In this document: positions 37,201 through 52,200 of the stretch, one piece after another
Layout of the letters: each line of letters starts with the position of its first letter
Position numbering within the stretch: position 1 is the stretch's first letter
Assembly: GCA_964057225.1 (NCBI GenBank)
Contig: OZ059895.1
Coordinates: forward strand, 1,488,001 to 1,552,000
DNA from: Auanema rhodensis
Taxonomy: Eukaryota; Animalia; Nematoda
Reading direction: 5' to 3'
Length of the DNA: 64,000 bases
Translations under genes and position numbers: made by a program
Notes under the pieces: model-generated
Databases searched by the model: none
The model's input: the letters and a program-made list of their open reading frames with translations, nothing else
What the model was told of the DNA's origin: nothing

Positions 37201-40200
37201 GGAAGCAATGTTGAGTGTACATGGAAACTCAACATACACTAATGCATCATTTTTCAAACGATCATAACTAATTTTTGTATTAAGCGTTTCTCAATGTAGT
37301 ATAGTGCATTCGATGCGGATTTTTAAGCTGCGTCGATCTGTGTTATCAGATTTGCGCTAGCTTAAAAATGCACCGAGATATCAACTGATATAAGTTCACA
37401 CTTATATCCTCGATTTTCACCCTGAAGAATTAATTTTTTCGTGGAATAACATTGTCTATCGTCTTTGCCTTGAAAAATGGAATTTAAAAACATCTACTTT
37501 TTGCTAAATTATTTTGAAATTTTTCGAAAAAATTTTTGTCAAAATGTTTTTGGAAGCAATGTTGAGTGTACATGGAAACTCAACATACACTAATGCATCA
37601 TTTTTCAAACGATCATAACTAATTTTTGTATTAAGCGTTTCTCAATGTAGTATAGTGCATTCGATGCGGATTTTTAAGCTGCGTCGATCTGTGTTATCAG
37701 ATTTGCGCTAGCTTAAAAATGCACCGAGATATCAACTGATATAAGTTCACACTTATATCCTCGATTTTCACCCTGAAGAATTAATTTTCTCGTTGAATAA
37801 CATTGTCCTTCGTCTTTGCCTTGAAAAAAAGAATCTAAAAACATCTACTTTTTGCTAAATTATTTTGAAATTTTTCGAAAAAATTTTTGTCAAAATGTTT
37901 TTGGAAGCAATGTTGAGTGTACATGGAAACTCAACATACACTAATGCATCATTTTTCAAACGATCATAACTAATTTTTGTATTAAGCGTTTCTCAATGTA
38001 GTATAGTGCATTCGATGCGGATTTTTAAGCTGCGTCGATCTGTGTTATCAGATTTGCGCTAGCTTAAAAATGCACCGAGATATCAACTGATATAAGTTCA
38101 CACTTATATCCTCGATTTTCATCCTGAAGAATTAATTTTTTCGTTGAATAACATTGTCCATCGTCTTTGCCTTGAAAAAACGAATCTAACAACATCTACT
38201 TTTTGCTAAATTATTTTGAAATTTTTCGAAAAAATTTTTGTCAAAATGTTTTTGGAAGCAATGTTGAGTGTACATGGAAACTCAACATACACTAATGCAT
38301 TATTTTTCAAACGATCATAACTAATTTTTATATTAAGCGTTTCTCAATGTAGTATAGTGCATTCGATGCCGATTTTTAAGCTGCGTCGATCTGTGTTATC
38401 AGATTTGCGCTAGCTTAAAAATGCACCGAGATATCAACTGATATAAGTTCACACTTATATCCTCGATTTTCACCCTGAAGAATTAATTTTTTCGTTGAAT
38501 AACATTGTCTATCGTCTTTGCCTTGAAAAATGGAATCTAAAAACATCTACTTTTTGCTAAATTATTTTGAAATTTTTCGAAAAAATTTTTGTCAAAACGT
38601 TTTTGGAAGCAATGTTGAGTGTACATGGAAACTCAACATACACTAATGCATCTTTTTTCAAACGATCATAACTAATTTTTGTATTAAGCGTTTCTCAATG
38701 TAGTATAGTGCATTCGATGCAGATTTTTAAGCTGCGTCGATCTGTGTTATCAGATTTGCGCTAACTTAAAAATGCACCGAGATATCAACTGATATAAGTT
38801 CACACTTATATCCTCGATTTTCACACTGGAGAATTAATTTTTTCGTTGAATAACATTGTGTATCGTCTTTGCCTTGAAAAATGGAATCTAAAAACATCTA
38901 CTTTTTGCTAAATTATTTTGAAATTTTTCGAAAAAATTTTTGTCAAAATGTTTTTGGAAGCAATGTTGAGTGTACATGGAAACTCAACATACACTAATGC
39001 ATCATTTTTCAAACGATCATAACTAATTTTTGTATCAAGCGTTTCTCAATGTAGTAAAGTGCATTCGATGCGGATTTTTAAGCTGCGTCGATCTGTGTTA
39101 TCAGATTTGCGCTAGCTTAAAAATGCACCGAGATATCAACTGATACAAGTTCACACTTATATCCTCGATTTTCACCCTGAAGAATTAATTTTCTCGTGGA
39201 ATAACATTGTCTATCGTCTTTGCCTTGAAAAATGGAATCTAAAAACATCTACTTTTTGCTAAATTATTTTGAAATTTTTCGAAAAAATTTTTGTCAAAAT
39301 GTTTTTGGAAGCAATGTTGAGTGTACATGGAAACTCAACATACACTAATGCATCATTTTTCAAACGATCATAACTAATTTTTGTATTAAGCTTTTCTCAA
39401 TGTAGTATAGTGCATTCGATGCGGATTTTTAAGCTGCGTCGATCTGTGTTATCAGATTTGCGCTAGCTTAAAAATGCACCGAGATATCAACTGATATAAG
39501 TTCACACTTATATCCTCGATTTTCACCCTGAAGAATTAATTTTTTCGTGGAATAACATTGTCTATCGTCTTTGCCTTGAAAAATGGAATTTAAAAACATC
39601 TACTTTTTGCTAAATTATTTTTAAATTTTTCGAAAAAATTTTTGTCAAAATGTTTTTGGAAGCAATGTTGAGTGTACATGGAAACTCAACATACACTAAT
39701 GCATCATTTTTCAAACGATCATAACTAATTTTTGTATCAAGCGTTTTTCGATGTAGTAAAGTGCATTCGATGCGGATTTTTAAGCTGCGTCGATCTGTGT
39801 TATCAGATTTGCGCTAGCTTAAAAATGCACCGAGATATCAACTGATATAAGTTCACACTTATATCCTCGATTTTCACCCTGAAGAATTAATTTTCTCGTT
39901 GAAAAACATTGTCCATCGTCTTTGCCTTGAAAAAAAGAATCTAAAAACATCTACTTTTTGCTAAATTATTTTGAAATTTTTCGAAAAAATTTTTGTCAAA
40001 ATGTTTTTGGAAGCAATGTTGAGTGTACATGGAAACTCAACATACACTAATGCATCATTTTTCAAACGATCATAACTAATTTTTGTATTAAGCGATTCTC
40101 AATGTAGTAAAGTGCATTCGATGCGGATTTTTAAGCTGCGTCGATCTGTGTTATCAGATTTGCGCTAGCTTAAAAATGCACCGAGATATCAACTGATATA

Positions 40201-43200
40201 AGTTCACACTTATATCCTCGATTTTCACCCTGAAGAATTAATTTTTTCGTGGAATAATATTGTCTATCGTCTTTGCCTTGAAAAATGGAATTTAAAAACA
40301 TCTACTTTTTGCTAAATTATTTTTAAATTTTTCGAAAAAATTTTTGTCAAAATGTTTTTGGAAGCAATGTTGAGTGTACATGGAAACTCAACATACACTA
40401 ATGCATCATTTTTCAAACGATCATAACTAATTTTTGTATCAAGCGTTTTTCGATGTAGTATAGTGCATTCGATGCGGATTTTTAAGCTGCGTCGATCTGT
40501 GTTATCAGATTTGCGCTAGCTTAAAAATGCACCGAGATATCAACTGATATAAGTTCACACTTATATCCTCGATTTTCACCCTGAAGAATTAATTTTCTCG
40601 TTGAATAACATTGTCCTTCGTCTTTGCCTTGAAAAAAAGAATCTAAAAACATCTACTTTTTGCTAAATTAGTTTGAAATTTTTCGAAAAAATTTTTGTCA
40701 AAATGTTTTTGGAAGCAATGTTGAGTGTACATGGAAACTCAACATACACTAATGCATCATTTTTCAAACGATCATAACTAATTTTTGTATTAAGCGTTTC
40801 TCAATGTAGTATAGTGCATTCGATGCGGATTTTTAAGCTGCGTCGATCTGTGTTATCAGATTTGCGCTAGCTTAAAAATGCACCGAGATATCAACTGATA
40901 TAAGTTCACACTTATATCCTCGATTTTCATCCTGAAGAATTAATTTTTTCGTTGAATAACATTGTCCATCGTCTTTGCCTTGAAAAAACGAATCTAACAA
41001 CATCTACTTTTTGCTAAATTATTTTGAAATTTTTCGAAAAAATTTTTGTCAAAATGTTTTTGGAAGCAATGTTGAGTGTACATGGAAACTCAACATACAC
41101 TAATGCATTATTTTTCAAACGATCATAACTAATTTTTATATTAAGCGTTTCTCAATGTAGTATAGTGCATTCGATGCCGATTTTTAAGCTGCGTCGATCT
41201 GTGTTATCAGATTTGCGCTAGCTTAAAAATGCACCGAGATATCAACTGATATAAGTTCACACTTATATCCTCGATTTTCACCCTGAAGAATTAATTTTTT
41301 CGTTGAATAACATTGTCTATCGTCTTTGCCTTGAAAAATGGAATCTAAAAACATCTACTTTTTGCTAAATTATTTTGAAATTTTTCGAAAAAATTTTTGT
41401 CAAAATGTTTTTGGAAGCAATGTTGAGTGTACATGGAAACTCAACATACACTAATGCATCATTTTTCAAACGATCATAACTAATTTTTGTATTAAGCGTT
41501 TCTCAATGTAGTATAGTGCATTCGATGCAGATTTTTAAGCTGCGTCGATCTGTGTTATCAGATTTGCGCTAACTTAAAAATGCACCGAGATATCAACTGA
41601 TATAAGTTCACACTTATATCCTCGATTTTCACCCTGAAGAATTAATTTTTTCGTGGAATAACATTGTCTATCGTCTTTGCCTTGAAAAATGGAATTTAAA
41701 AACATCTACTTTTTGCTAAATTATTTTGAAATTTTTCGAAAAAATTTTTGTCAAAATGTTTTTGGAAGCAATGTTGAGTGTACATGGAAACTCAACATAC
41801 ACTAATGCATTATTTTTCAAACGATCATAACTAATTTTTATATTAAGCGTTTCTCAATGTAGTATAGTGCATTCGATGCCGATTTTTAAGCTGCGTCGAT
41901 CTGTGTTATCAGATTTGCGCTAGCTTAAAAATGCACCGAGATATCAACTGATATAAGTTCACACTTATATCCTCGATTTTCACCCTGAAGAATTAATTTT
42001 TTCGTTGAATAACATTGTCTATCGTCTTTGCCTTGAAAAATGGAATCTAAAAACATCTACTTTTTGCTAAATTATTTTGAAATTTTTCGAAAAAATTTTT
42101 GTCAAAATGTTTTTGGAAGCAATGTTGAGTGTACATGGAAACTCAACATACACTAATGCATCATTTTTCAAACGATCATAACTAATTTTTGTATTAAGCG
42201 TTTCTCAATGTAGTATAGTGCATTCGATGCAGATTTTTAAGCTGCGTCGATCTGTGTTATCAGATTTGCGCTAACTTAAAAATGCACCGAGATATCAACT
42301 GATATAAGTTCACACTTATATCCTCGATTTTCACACTGGAGAATTAATTTTTTTGTTGAATAACATTGTGTATCGTCTTTGCCTTGAAAAATGGAATCTA
42401 AAAACATCTACTTTTTGCTAAATTATTTTGAAATTTTTCGAAAAAATTTTTGTCAAAATGTTTTTGGAAGCAATGTTGAGTGTACATGGAAACTCAACAT
42501 ACACTAATGCATCATTTTTCAAACGATCATAACTAATTTTTGTATCAAGCGTTTCTCAATGTAGTAAAGTGCATTCGATGCGGATTTTTAAGCTGCGTCG
42601 ATCTGTGTTATCAGATTTGCGCTAGCTTAAAAATGCACCGAGATATCAACTGATACAAGTTCACACTTATATCCTCGATTTTCACCCTGAAGAATTAATT
42701 TTCTCGTGGAATAACATTGTCTATCGTCTTTGCCTTGAAAAATGGAATCTAAAAACATCTACTTTTTGCTAAATTATTTTGAAATTTTTCGAAAAAATTT
42801 TTGTCAAAATGTTTTTGGAAGCAATGTTGAGTGTACATGGAAACTCAACATACACTAATGCATCATTTTTCAAACGATCATAACTAATTTTTGTATTAAG
42901 CTTTTCTCAATGTAGTATAGTGCATTCGATGCGGATTTTTAAGCTGCGTCGATCTGTGTTATCAGATTTGCGCTAGCTTAAAAATGCACCGAGATATCAA
43001 CTGATATAAGTTCACACTTATATCCTCGATTTTCACCCTGAAGAATTAATTTTTTCGTGGAATAACATTGTCTATCGTCTTTGCCTTGAAAAATGGAATT
43101 TAAAAACATCTACTTTTTGCTAAATTATTTTTAAATTTTTCGAAAAAATTTTTGTCAAAATGTTTTTGGAAGCAATGTTGAGTGTACATGGAAACTCAAC

Positions 43201-46200
43201 ATACACTAATGCATCATTTTTCAAACGATCATAACTAATTTTTGTATCAAGCGTTTTTCGATGTAGTAAAGTGCATTCGATGCGGATTTTTAAGCTGCGT
43301 CGATCTGTGTTATCAGATTTGCGCTAGCTTAAAAATGCACCGAGATATCAACTGATATAAGTTCACACTTATATCCTCGATTTTCACCCTGAAGAATTAA
43401 TTTTCTCGTTGAAAAACATTGTCCATCGTCTTTGCCTTGAAAAAAAGAATCTAAAAACATCTACTTTTTGCTAAATTATTTTGAAATTTTTCGAAAAAAT
43501 TTTTGTCAAAATGTTTTTGGAAGCAATGTTGAGTGTACATGGAAACTCAACATACACTAATGCATCATTTTTCAAACGATCATAACTAATTTTTGTATTA
43601 AGCGATTCTCAATGTAGTATAGTGCATTCGATGCCGATTTTTAAGCTGCGTCGATTTGTGTTATCAGATTTGCGCTAGCTTAAAAATGCACCGAGATATC
43701 AACTGATATAAGTTCACACTTATATCCTCGATTTTCACCCTGAAGAATTAATTTTTTCGTTGAATAACATTGTCTATCGTCTTTACCTTGAAAAATGGAA
43801 TCTAAAAACATCTACTTTTTGCTAAATTATTTTGAAATTTTTCGAAAAAATTTTTGTCAAAATGTTTTTGGAAGCAATGTTGAGTGTACATGGAAACTCA
43901 ACATACACTAATGCATCATTTTTCAAACGATCATAACTAATTTTTGTATTAAGCGTTTCTCAATGTAGTATAGTGCATTCGATGCGGATTTTTAAGCTGC
44001 GTCGATCTGTGTTATCAGATTTGCGCTAGCTTAAAAATGCACCGAGATATCAACTGATATAAGTTCACACTTATATCCTCGATTTTCACCCTGAAGAATT
44101 AATTTTTTCGTGGAATAACATTGTCTATCGTCTTTGCCTTGAAAAATGGAATTTAAAAACATCTACTTTTTGCTAAATTATTTTGAAATTTTTCGAAAAA
44201 ATTTTTGTCAAAATGTTTTTGGAAGCAATGTTGAGTGTACATGGAAACTCAACATACACTAATGCATCATTTTTCAAACGATCATAACTAATTTTTGTAT
44301 TAAGCGTTTCTCAATGTAGTATAGTGCATTCGATGCGGATTTTTAAGCTGCGTCGATCTGTGTTATCAGATTTGCGCTAGCTTAAAAATGCACCGAGATA
44401 TCAACTGATATAAGTTCACACTTATATCCTCGATTTTCACCCTGAAGAATTAATTTTCTCGTTGAATAACATTGTCCTTCGTCTTTGCCTTGAAAAAAAG
44501 AATCTAAAAACATCTACTTTTTGCTAAATTATTTTGAATTTTTTCGAAAAAATTTTTGTCAAAATGTTTTTGGAAGCAATGTTGAGTGTACATGGAAACT
44601 CAACATACACTAATGCATCATTTTTCAAACGATCATAACTAATTTTTGTATTAAGCGTTTCTCAATGTAGTATAGTGCATTCGATGCGGATTTTTAAGCT
44701 GCGTCGATCTGTGTTATCAGATTTGCGCTAGCTTAAAAATGCACCGATATATCAACTGATATAAGTTCACACTTATATCCTCGATTTTCATCCTGAAGAA
44801 TTAATTTTTTCGTTGAATAACATTGTCCATCGTCTTTGCCTTGAAAAAACGAATCTAACAACATCTACTTTTTGCTAAATTATTTTGAAATTTTTCGAAA
44901 AAATTTTTGTCAAAATGTTTTTGGAAGCAATGTTGAGTGTACATGGAAACTCAACATACACTAATGCATTATTTTTCAAACGATCATAACTAATTTTTAT
45001 ATTAAGCGTTTCTCAATGTAGTATAGTGCATTCGATGCCGATTTTTAAGCTGCGTCGATCTGTGTTATCAGATTTGCGCTAGCTTAAAAATGCACCGAGA
45101 TATCAACTGATATAAGTTCACACTTATATCCTCGATTTTCACCCTGAAGAATTAATTTTTTCGTTGAATAACATTGTCTATCGTCTTTGCCTTGAAAAAT
45201 GGAATCTAAAAACATCTACTTTTTGCTAAATTATTTTGAAATTTTTCGAAAAAATTTTTGTCAAAATGTTTTTGGAAGCAATGTTGAGTGTACATGGAAA
45301 CTCAACATACACTAATGCATCATTTTTCAAACGATCATAACTAATTTTTGTATTAAGCGTTTCTCAATGTAGTATAGTGCATTCGATGCCGATTTTTAAG
45401 CTGCGTCGATCTGTGTTATCAGATTTGCGCTAGCTTAAAAATGCACCGAGATATCAACTGATATAAGTTCACACTTATATCCTCGATTTTCACCCTGAAG
45501 AATTAATTTTTTCGTTGAATAACATTGTCTATAGTCTTTGCCTTGAAAAATTGAATCTAAAAACATCTACTTTTTGCTAAATTATTTTGAAATTTTTCGA
45601 AAAAATTTTTGTCAAAATGTTTTTGGAAGCAATGTTGAGTGTACATGGAAACTCAACATACACTAATGCATCATTTTTCAAACGATCATAACTAATTTTT
45701 GTATTAAGCGTTTCTCAATGTAGTATAGTGCATTCGATGCCGATTTTTAAGCTGCGTCGATCTGTGTTATCAGATTTGCGCTAGCTTAAAAATGCACCGA
45801 GATATCAACTGATATAAGTTCACACTTATATCCTCGATTTTCACCCTGAAGAATTAATTTTTTCGTTGAATAACATTGTCTATAGTCTTTGCCTTGAAAA
45901 ATTGAATCTAAAAACATCTACTTTTTGCTAAATTATTTTGAAATTTTTCGAAAAAATTTTTGTCAAAATGTTTTTGGAAGCAATGTTGAGTGTACATGGA
46001 AACTCAACATACACTAATGCATCATTTTTCAAACGATCATAACTAATTTTTGTATTAAGCGTTTCTCGATGTAGTATAGTGCATTCGATGCGGATTTTTA
46101 AGCTGCGTCGATCTGTGTTATCAGATTTGCGCTAGCTTAAAAATGCACCGAGATATCAACTGATATAAGTTCACACTTATATCCTCGATTTTCACCCTGA

Positions 46201-49200
46201 AGAATTAATTTTTTCGTTGAATAACATTGTCTATCGTCTTTGCTTTGAAAAATGGAATCTAAAAACATCTACTTTTTGCTAAATTATTTTGAAATTTTTC
46301 GAAAAAATTTTTGTCAAAATGTTTTTGGAAGCAATGTTGAGTGTACATGGAAACTCAACATACACTAATGCATCATTTTTCAAACGATCATAACTAATTT
46401 TTGTATTAAGCGTTTCTCAATGTAGTATAGTGCATTCGATGCCGATTTTTAAGCTGCGTCGATCTGTGTTATCAGATTTGCGCTAGCTTAAAAATGCACC
46501 GAGATATCAACTGATATAAGTTCACACTTATATCCTCGATTTTCACCCTGAAGAATTAATTTTCTCGTTGAATAACATTGTCCATCGTCTTTGCCTTGAA
46601 AAAAAGAATCTAAAAACATCTACTTTTTGCTAAATTATTTTGAATTTTTTCGAAAAAATTTTTGTCAAAATGTTTTTGGAAGCAATGTTGAGTGTACATG
46701 GAAACTCAACATACACTAATGCATCATTTTTCAAACGATCATAACTAATTTTTGTATTAAGCGTTTTTCAATGTAGTATAGTGCATTCGATGCCGATTTT
46801 TAAGCTGCGTCGATCTGTGTTATCAGATTTGCGCTAGCTTAAAAATGCACCGAGATATCAACTGATATAAGTTCACACTTATATCCTCGATTTTCACCTT
46901 GAAGAATTAATTTTTTCGTTGAATAACATTGTCTATCGTCTTTGCTTTGAAAAATAGAATCTAAAAACATCTACTTTTTGCTAAATTATTTTGAAATTTT
47001 TCGAAAAAATTTTTGTCAAAATGTTTTTGGAAGCAATGTTGAGTGTACATGGAAACTCAACATACACTAATGCATCATTTTTCAAACGATCATAACTAAT
47101 TTTTATTTTAAGCGTTTCTCAATGTAGTATAGTGCATTCGATGCGGATTTTTAAGCTGCGTCGATCTGTGTTATCAGATTTGCGCTAGCTTAAAAATGCA
47201 CCGAGATATCAACTGATATAAGTTCACACTTATATCCTCGATTTTCATCCTGAAGAATTAATTTTTTCGTTGAATAACATTGTCCATCGTCTTTGCCTTG
47301 AAAAAACGAATCTAACAACATCTACTTTTTGCTAAATTATTTTGAAATTTTTCGAAAAAATTTTTGTCAAAATGTTTTTGGAAGCAATGTTGAGTGTACA
47401 TGGAAACTCAACATACACTAATGCATCATTTTTCAAACGATCATAACTAATTTTTGTATTAAGCGTTTCTCAATGTAGTATAGTGCATTCGATGCCGATT
47501 TTTAAGCTGCGTCGATCTGTGTTATCAGATTTGCGCTAGCTTAAAAATGCACCGAGATATCAACTGATATAAGTTCACACTTATATCCTCGATTTTCACC
47601 CTGAAGAATTAATTTTTTCGTTGAATAACATTGTCTATCGTCTTTGCCTTGAAAAATGGAATCTAAAAACATCTACTTTTTGCTAAATTATTCTGAAATT
47701 TTTCGAAAAAATTTTTGTCAAAATGTTTTTGGAAGCAATGTTGAGTGTACATGGAAACTCAACATACACTAATGCATCATTTTTCAAACGATCATAACTA
47801 ATTTTTGTATTAAGCGTTTCTCAATGTAGTATAGTGCATTCGATGCCGATTTTTAAGCTGCGTCGATCTGTGTTATCAGATTTGCGCTAGCTTAAAAATG
47901 CACCGAGATATCAACTGATATAAGTTCACACTTATATCCTCGATTTTCACCCTGAAGAATTAATTTTTTCGTTGAATAACATTGTCTATCGTCTTTGCCT
48001 TGAAAAATGGAATCTAAAAACATCTACTTTTTGCTAAATTATTTTGAAATTTTTCGAAAAAATTTTTGTCAAAATGTTTTTGGAAGCAATGTTGAGTGTA
48101 CATGGAAACTCAACATACACTAATGCATCATTTTTCAAACGATCATAACTAATTTTTGTATTAAGCGTTTTTCAATGTAGTATAGTGCATTCGATGCCGA
48201 TTTTTAAGCTGCGTCGATCTGTGTTATCAGATTTGCGCTAGCTTAAAAATGCACCGAGATATCAACTGATATAAGTTCACACTTATATCCTCGATTTTCA
48301 CCCTGAAGAATTAATTTTTTCGTTGAATAACATTGTCTATAGTCTTTGCCTTGAAAAATTGAATCTAAAAACATCTACTTTTTGCTAAATTATTTTGAAA
48401 TTTTTCGAAAAAATTTTTGTCAAAATGTTTTTGGAAGCAATGTTGAGTGTACATGGAAACTCAACATACACTAATGCATCATTTTTCAAACGATCATAAC
48501 TAATTTTTGTATTAAGCGTTTCTCGATGTAGTATAGTGCATTCGATGTGGATTTTTAAGCTGCGTCGATCTGTGTTATCAGATTTGCGCTAGCTTAAAAA
48601 TGCACCGAGATATCAACTGATATAAGTTCACACTTATATCCTCGATTTTCACCCTGAAGAATTAATTTTTTCGTTGAATAACATTGTCTATCGTCTTTGC
48701 TTTGAAAAATGGAATCTAAAAACATCTACTTTTTGCTAAATTATTTTGAAATTTTTCGAAAAAATTTTTGTCAAAATGTTTTTGGAAGCAATGTTGAGTG
48801 TACATGGAAACTCAACATACACTAATGCATCATTTTTCAAACGATCATAACTAATTTTTGTATTAAGCGTTTCTCAATGTAGTATAGTGCATTCGATGCC
48901 GATTTTTAAGCTGCGTCGATCTGTGTTATCAGATTTGCGCTAGCTTAAAAATGCACCGAGATATCAACTGATATAAGTTCACACTTATATCCTCGATTTT
49001 CACCCTGAAGAATTAATTTTCTCGTTGAATAACATTGTCCATCGTCTTTGCCTTGAAAAAAAGAATCTAAAAACATCTACTTTTTGCTAAATTATTTTGA
49101 ATTTTTTCGAAAAAATTTTTGTCAAAATGTTTTTGGAAGCAATGTTGAGTGTACATGGAAACTCAACATACACTAATGCATCATTTTTCAAACGATCATA

Positions 49201-52200
49201 ACTAATTTTTGTATTAAGCGTTTTTCAATGTAGTATAGTGCATTCGATGCCGATTTTTAAGCTGCGTCGATCTGTGTTATCAGATTTGCGCTAGCTTAAA
49301 AATGCACCGAGATATCAACTGATATAAGTTCACACTTATATCCTCGATTTTCACCTTGAAGAATTAATTTTTTCGTTGAATAACATTGTCTATCGTCTTT
49401 GCTTTGAAAAATAGAATCTAAAAACATCTACTTTTTGCTAAATTATTTTGAAATTTTTCGAAAAAATTTTTGTCAAAATGTTTTTGGAAGCAATGTTGAG
49501 TGTACATGGAAACTCAACATACACTAATGCATCATTTTTCAAACGATCATAACTAATTTTTATTTTAAGCGTTTCTCAATGTAGTATAGTGCATTCGATG
49601 CGGATTTTTAAGCTGCGTCGATCTGTGTTATCAGATTTGCGCTAGCTTAAAAATGCACCGAGATATCAACTGATATAAGTTCACACTTATATCCTCGATT
49701 TTCATCCTGAAGAATTAATTTTTTCGTTGAATAACATTGTCCATCGTCTTTGCCTTGAAAAAACGAATCTAACAACATCTACTTTTTGCTAAATTATTTT
49801 GAAATTTTTCGAAAAAATTTTTGTCAAAATGTTTTTGGAAGCAATGTTGAGTGTACATGGAAACTCAACATACACTAATGCATCATTTTTCAAACGATCA
49901 TAACTAATTTTTGTATTAAGCGTTTCTCAATGTAGTATAGTGCATTCGATGCCGATTTTTAAGCTGCGTCGATCTGTGTTATCAGATTTGCGCTAGCTTA
50001 AAAATGCACCGAGATATCAACTGATATAAGTTCACACTTATATCCTCGATTTTCACCCTGAAGAATTAATTTTTTCGTTGAATAACATTGTCTATCGTCT
50101 TTGCCTTGAAAAATGGAATCTAAAAACATCTACTTTTTGCTAAATTATTCTGAAATTTTTCGAAAAAATTTTTGTCAAAATGTTTTTGGAAGCAATGTTG
50201 AGTGTACATGGAAACTCAACATACACTAATGCATCATTTTTCAAACGATCATAACTAATTTTTGTATTAAGCGTTTCTCAATGTAGTATAGTGCATTCGA
50301 TGCCGATTTTTAAGCTGCGTCGATCTGTGTTATCAGATTTGCGCTAGCTTAAAAATGCACCGAGATATCAACTGATATAAGTTCACACTTATATCCTCGA
50401 TTTTCACCCTGAAGAATTAATTTTTTCGTTGAATAACATTGTCTATCGTCTTTGCCTTGAAAAATGGAATCTAAAAACATCTACTTTTTGCTAAATTATT
50501 TTGAAATTTTTCGAAAAAATTTTTGTCAAAATGTTTTTGGAAGCAATGTTGAGTGTACATGGAAACTCAACATACACTAATGCATCATTTTTCAAACGAT
50601 CATAACTAATTTTTGTATTAAGCGTTTCTCAATGTAGTATAGTGCATTCGATGCCGATTTTTAAGCTGCGTTGATCTGTGTTATCAGATTTGCGCTAGCT
50701 TAAAAATGCACCGAGATATCAACTGATATAAGTTCACACTTATATCCTCGATTTTCACCCTGAAGAATTAATTTTTTCGTTGAATAACATTGTCTATAGT
50801 CTTTGCCTTGAAAAATTGAATCTAAAAACATCTACTTTTTGCTAAATTATTTTGAAATTTTTCGAAAAAATTTTTGTCAAAATGTTTTTGGAAGCAATGT
50901 TGAGTGTACATGGAAACTCAACATACACTAATGCATCATTTTTCAAACGATCATAACTAATTTTTGTATTAAGCGTTTCTCGATGTAGTATAGTGCATTC
51001 GATGCGGATTTTTAAGCTGCGTCGATCTGTGTTATCAGATTTGCGCTAGCTTAAAAATGCACCGAGATATCAACTGATATAAGTTCACACTTATATCCTC
51101 GATTTTCACCCTGAAGAATTAATTTTCTCGTTGAATAACATTGTCCATCGTCTTTGCCTTGAAAAAAAGAATCTAAAAACATCTACTTTTTGCTAAATTA
51201 TTTTGAATTTTTTCGAAAAAATTTTTGTCAAAATGTTTTTGGAAGCAATGTTGAGTGTACAGGAAACTCAACATACACTAATGCATCATTTTTCAAACGA
51301 TCATAACTAATTTTTGTATTAAGCGTTTTTCAATGTAGTATAGTGCATTCGATGCCGATTTTTAAGCTGCGTCGATCTGTGTTATCAGATTTGCGCTAGC
51401 TTAAAAATGCACCGAGATATCAACTGATATAAGTTCACACTTATATCCTCGGTTTTCACCCTGAAGAATTAATTTTTTCGTTGAATAACATTGTCTATCG
51501 TCTTTGCTTTGAAAAATCGAATCTAAAAACATCTACTTTTTGCTAAATTATTTTGAAATTTTTCGAAAAAATTTTTGTCAAAATGTTTTTGGAAGCAATG
51601 TTGAGTGTACATGGAAACTCAACATACACTAATGCATCATTTTTCAAACGATCATAACTAATTTTTGTATTAAGCGTTTCTCAATGTAGTATAGTGCATT
51701 CGATGCCGATTTTTAAGCTGCGTCGATCTGTGTTATCAGATTTGCGCTAGCTTAAAAATGCACCGAGATATCAACTGATATAAGTTCACACTTATATCCT
51801 CGATTTTCACCCTGAAGAATTAATTTTTTCGTTGAATAACATTGTCTATAGTCTTTGCCTTGAAAAATTGAATCTAAAAACATCTACTTTTTGCTAAATT
51901 ATTTTGAAATTTTTCGAAAAAATTTTTGTCAAAATGTTTTTGGAAGCAATGTTGAGTGTACATGGAAACTCAACATACACTAATGCATCATTTTTCAAAC
52001 GATCATAACTAATTTTTGTATTAAGCGTTTTTCGATGTAGTATAGTGCATTCGATGCGGATTTTTAAGCTGCGTCGATCTGTGTTATCAGATTTGCGCTA
52101 GCTTAAAAATGCACCGAGATATCAACTGATATAAGTTCACACTTATATCCTCGATTTTCACCCTGAAGAATTAATTTTCTCGTTGAATAACATTGTCCAT

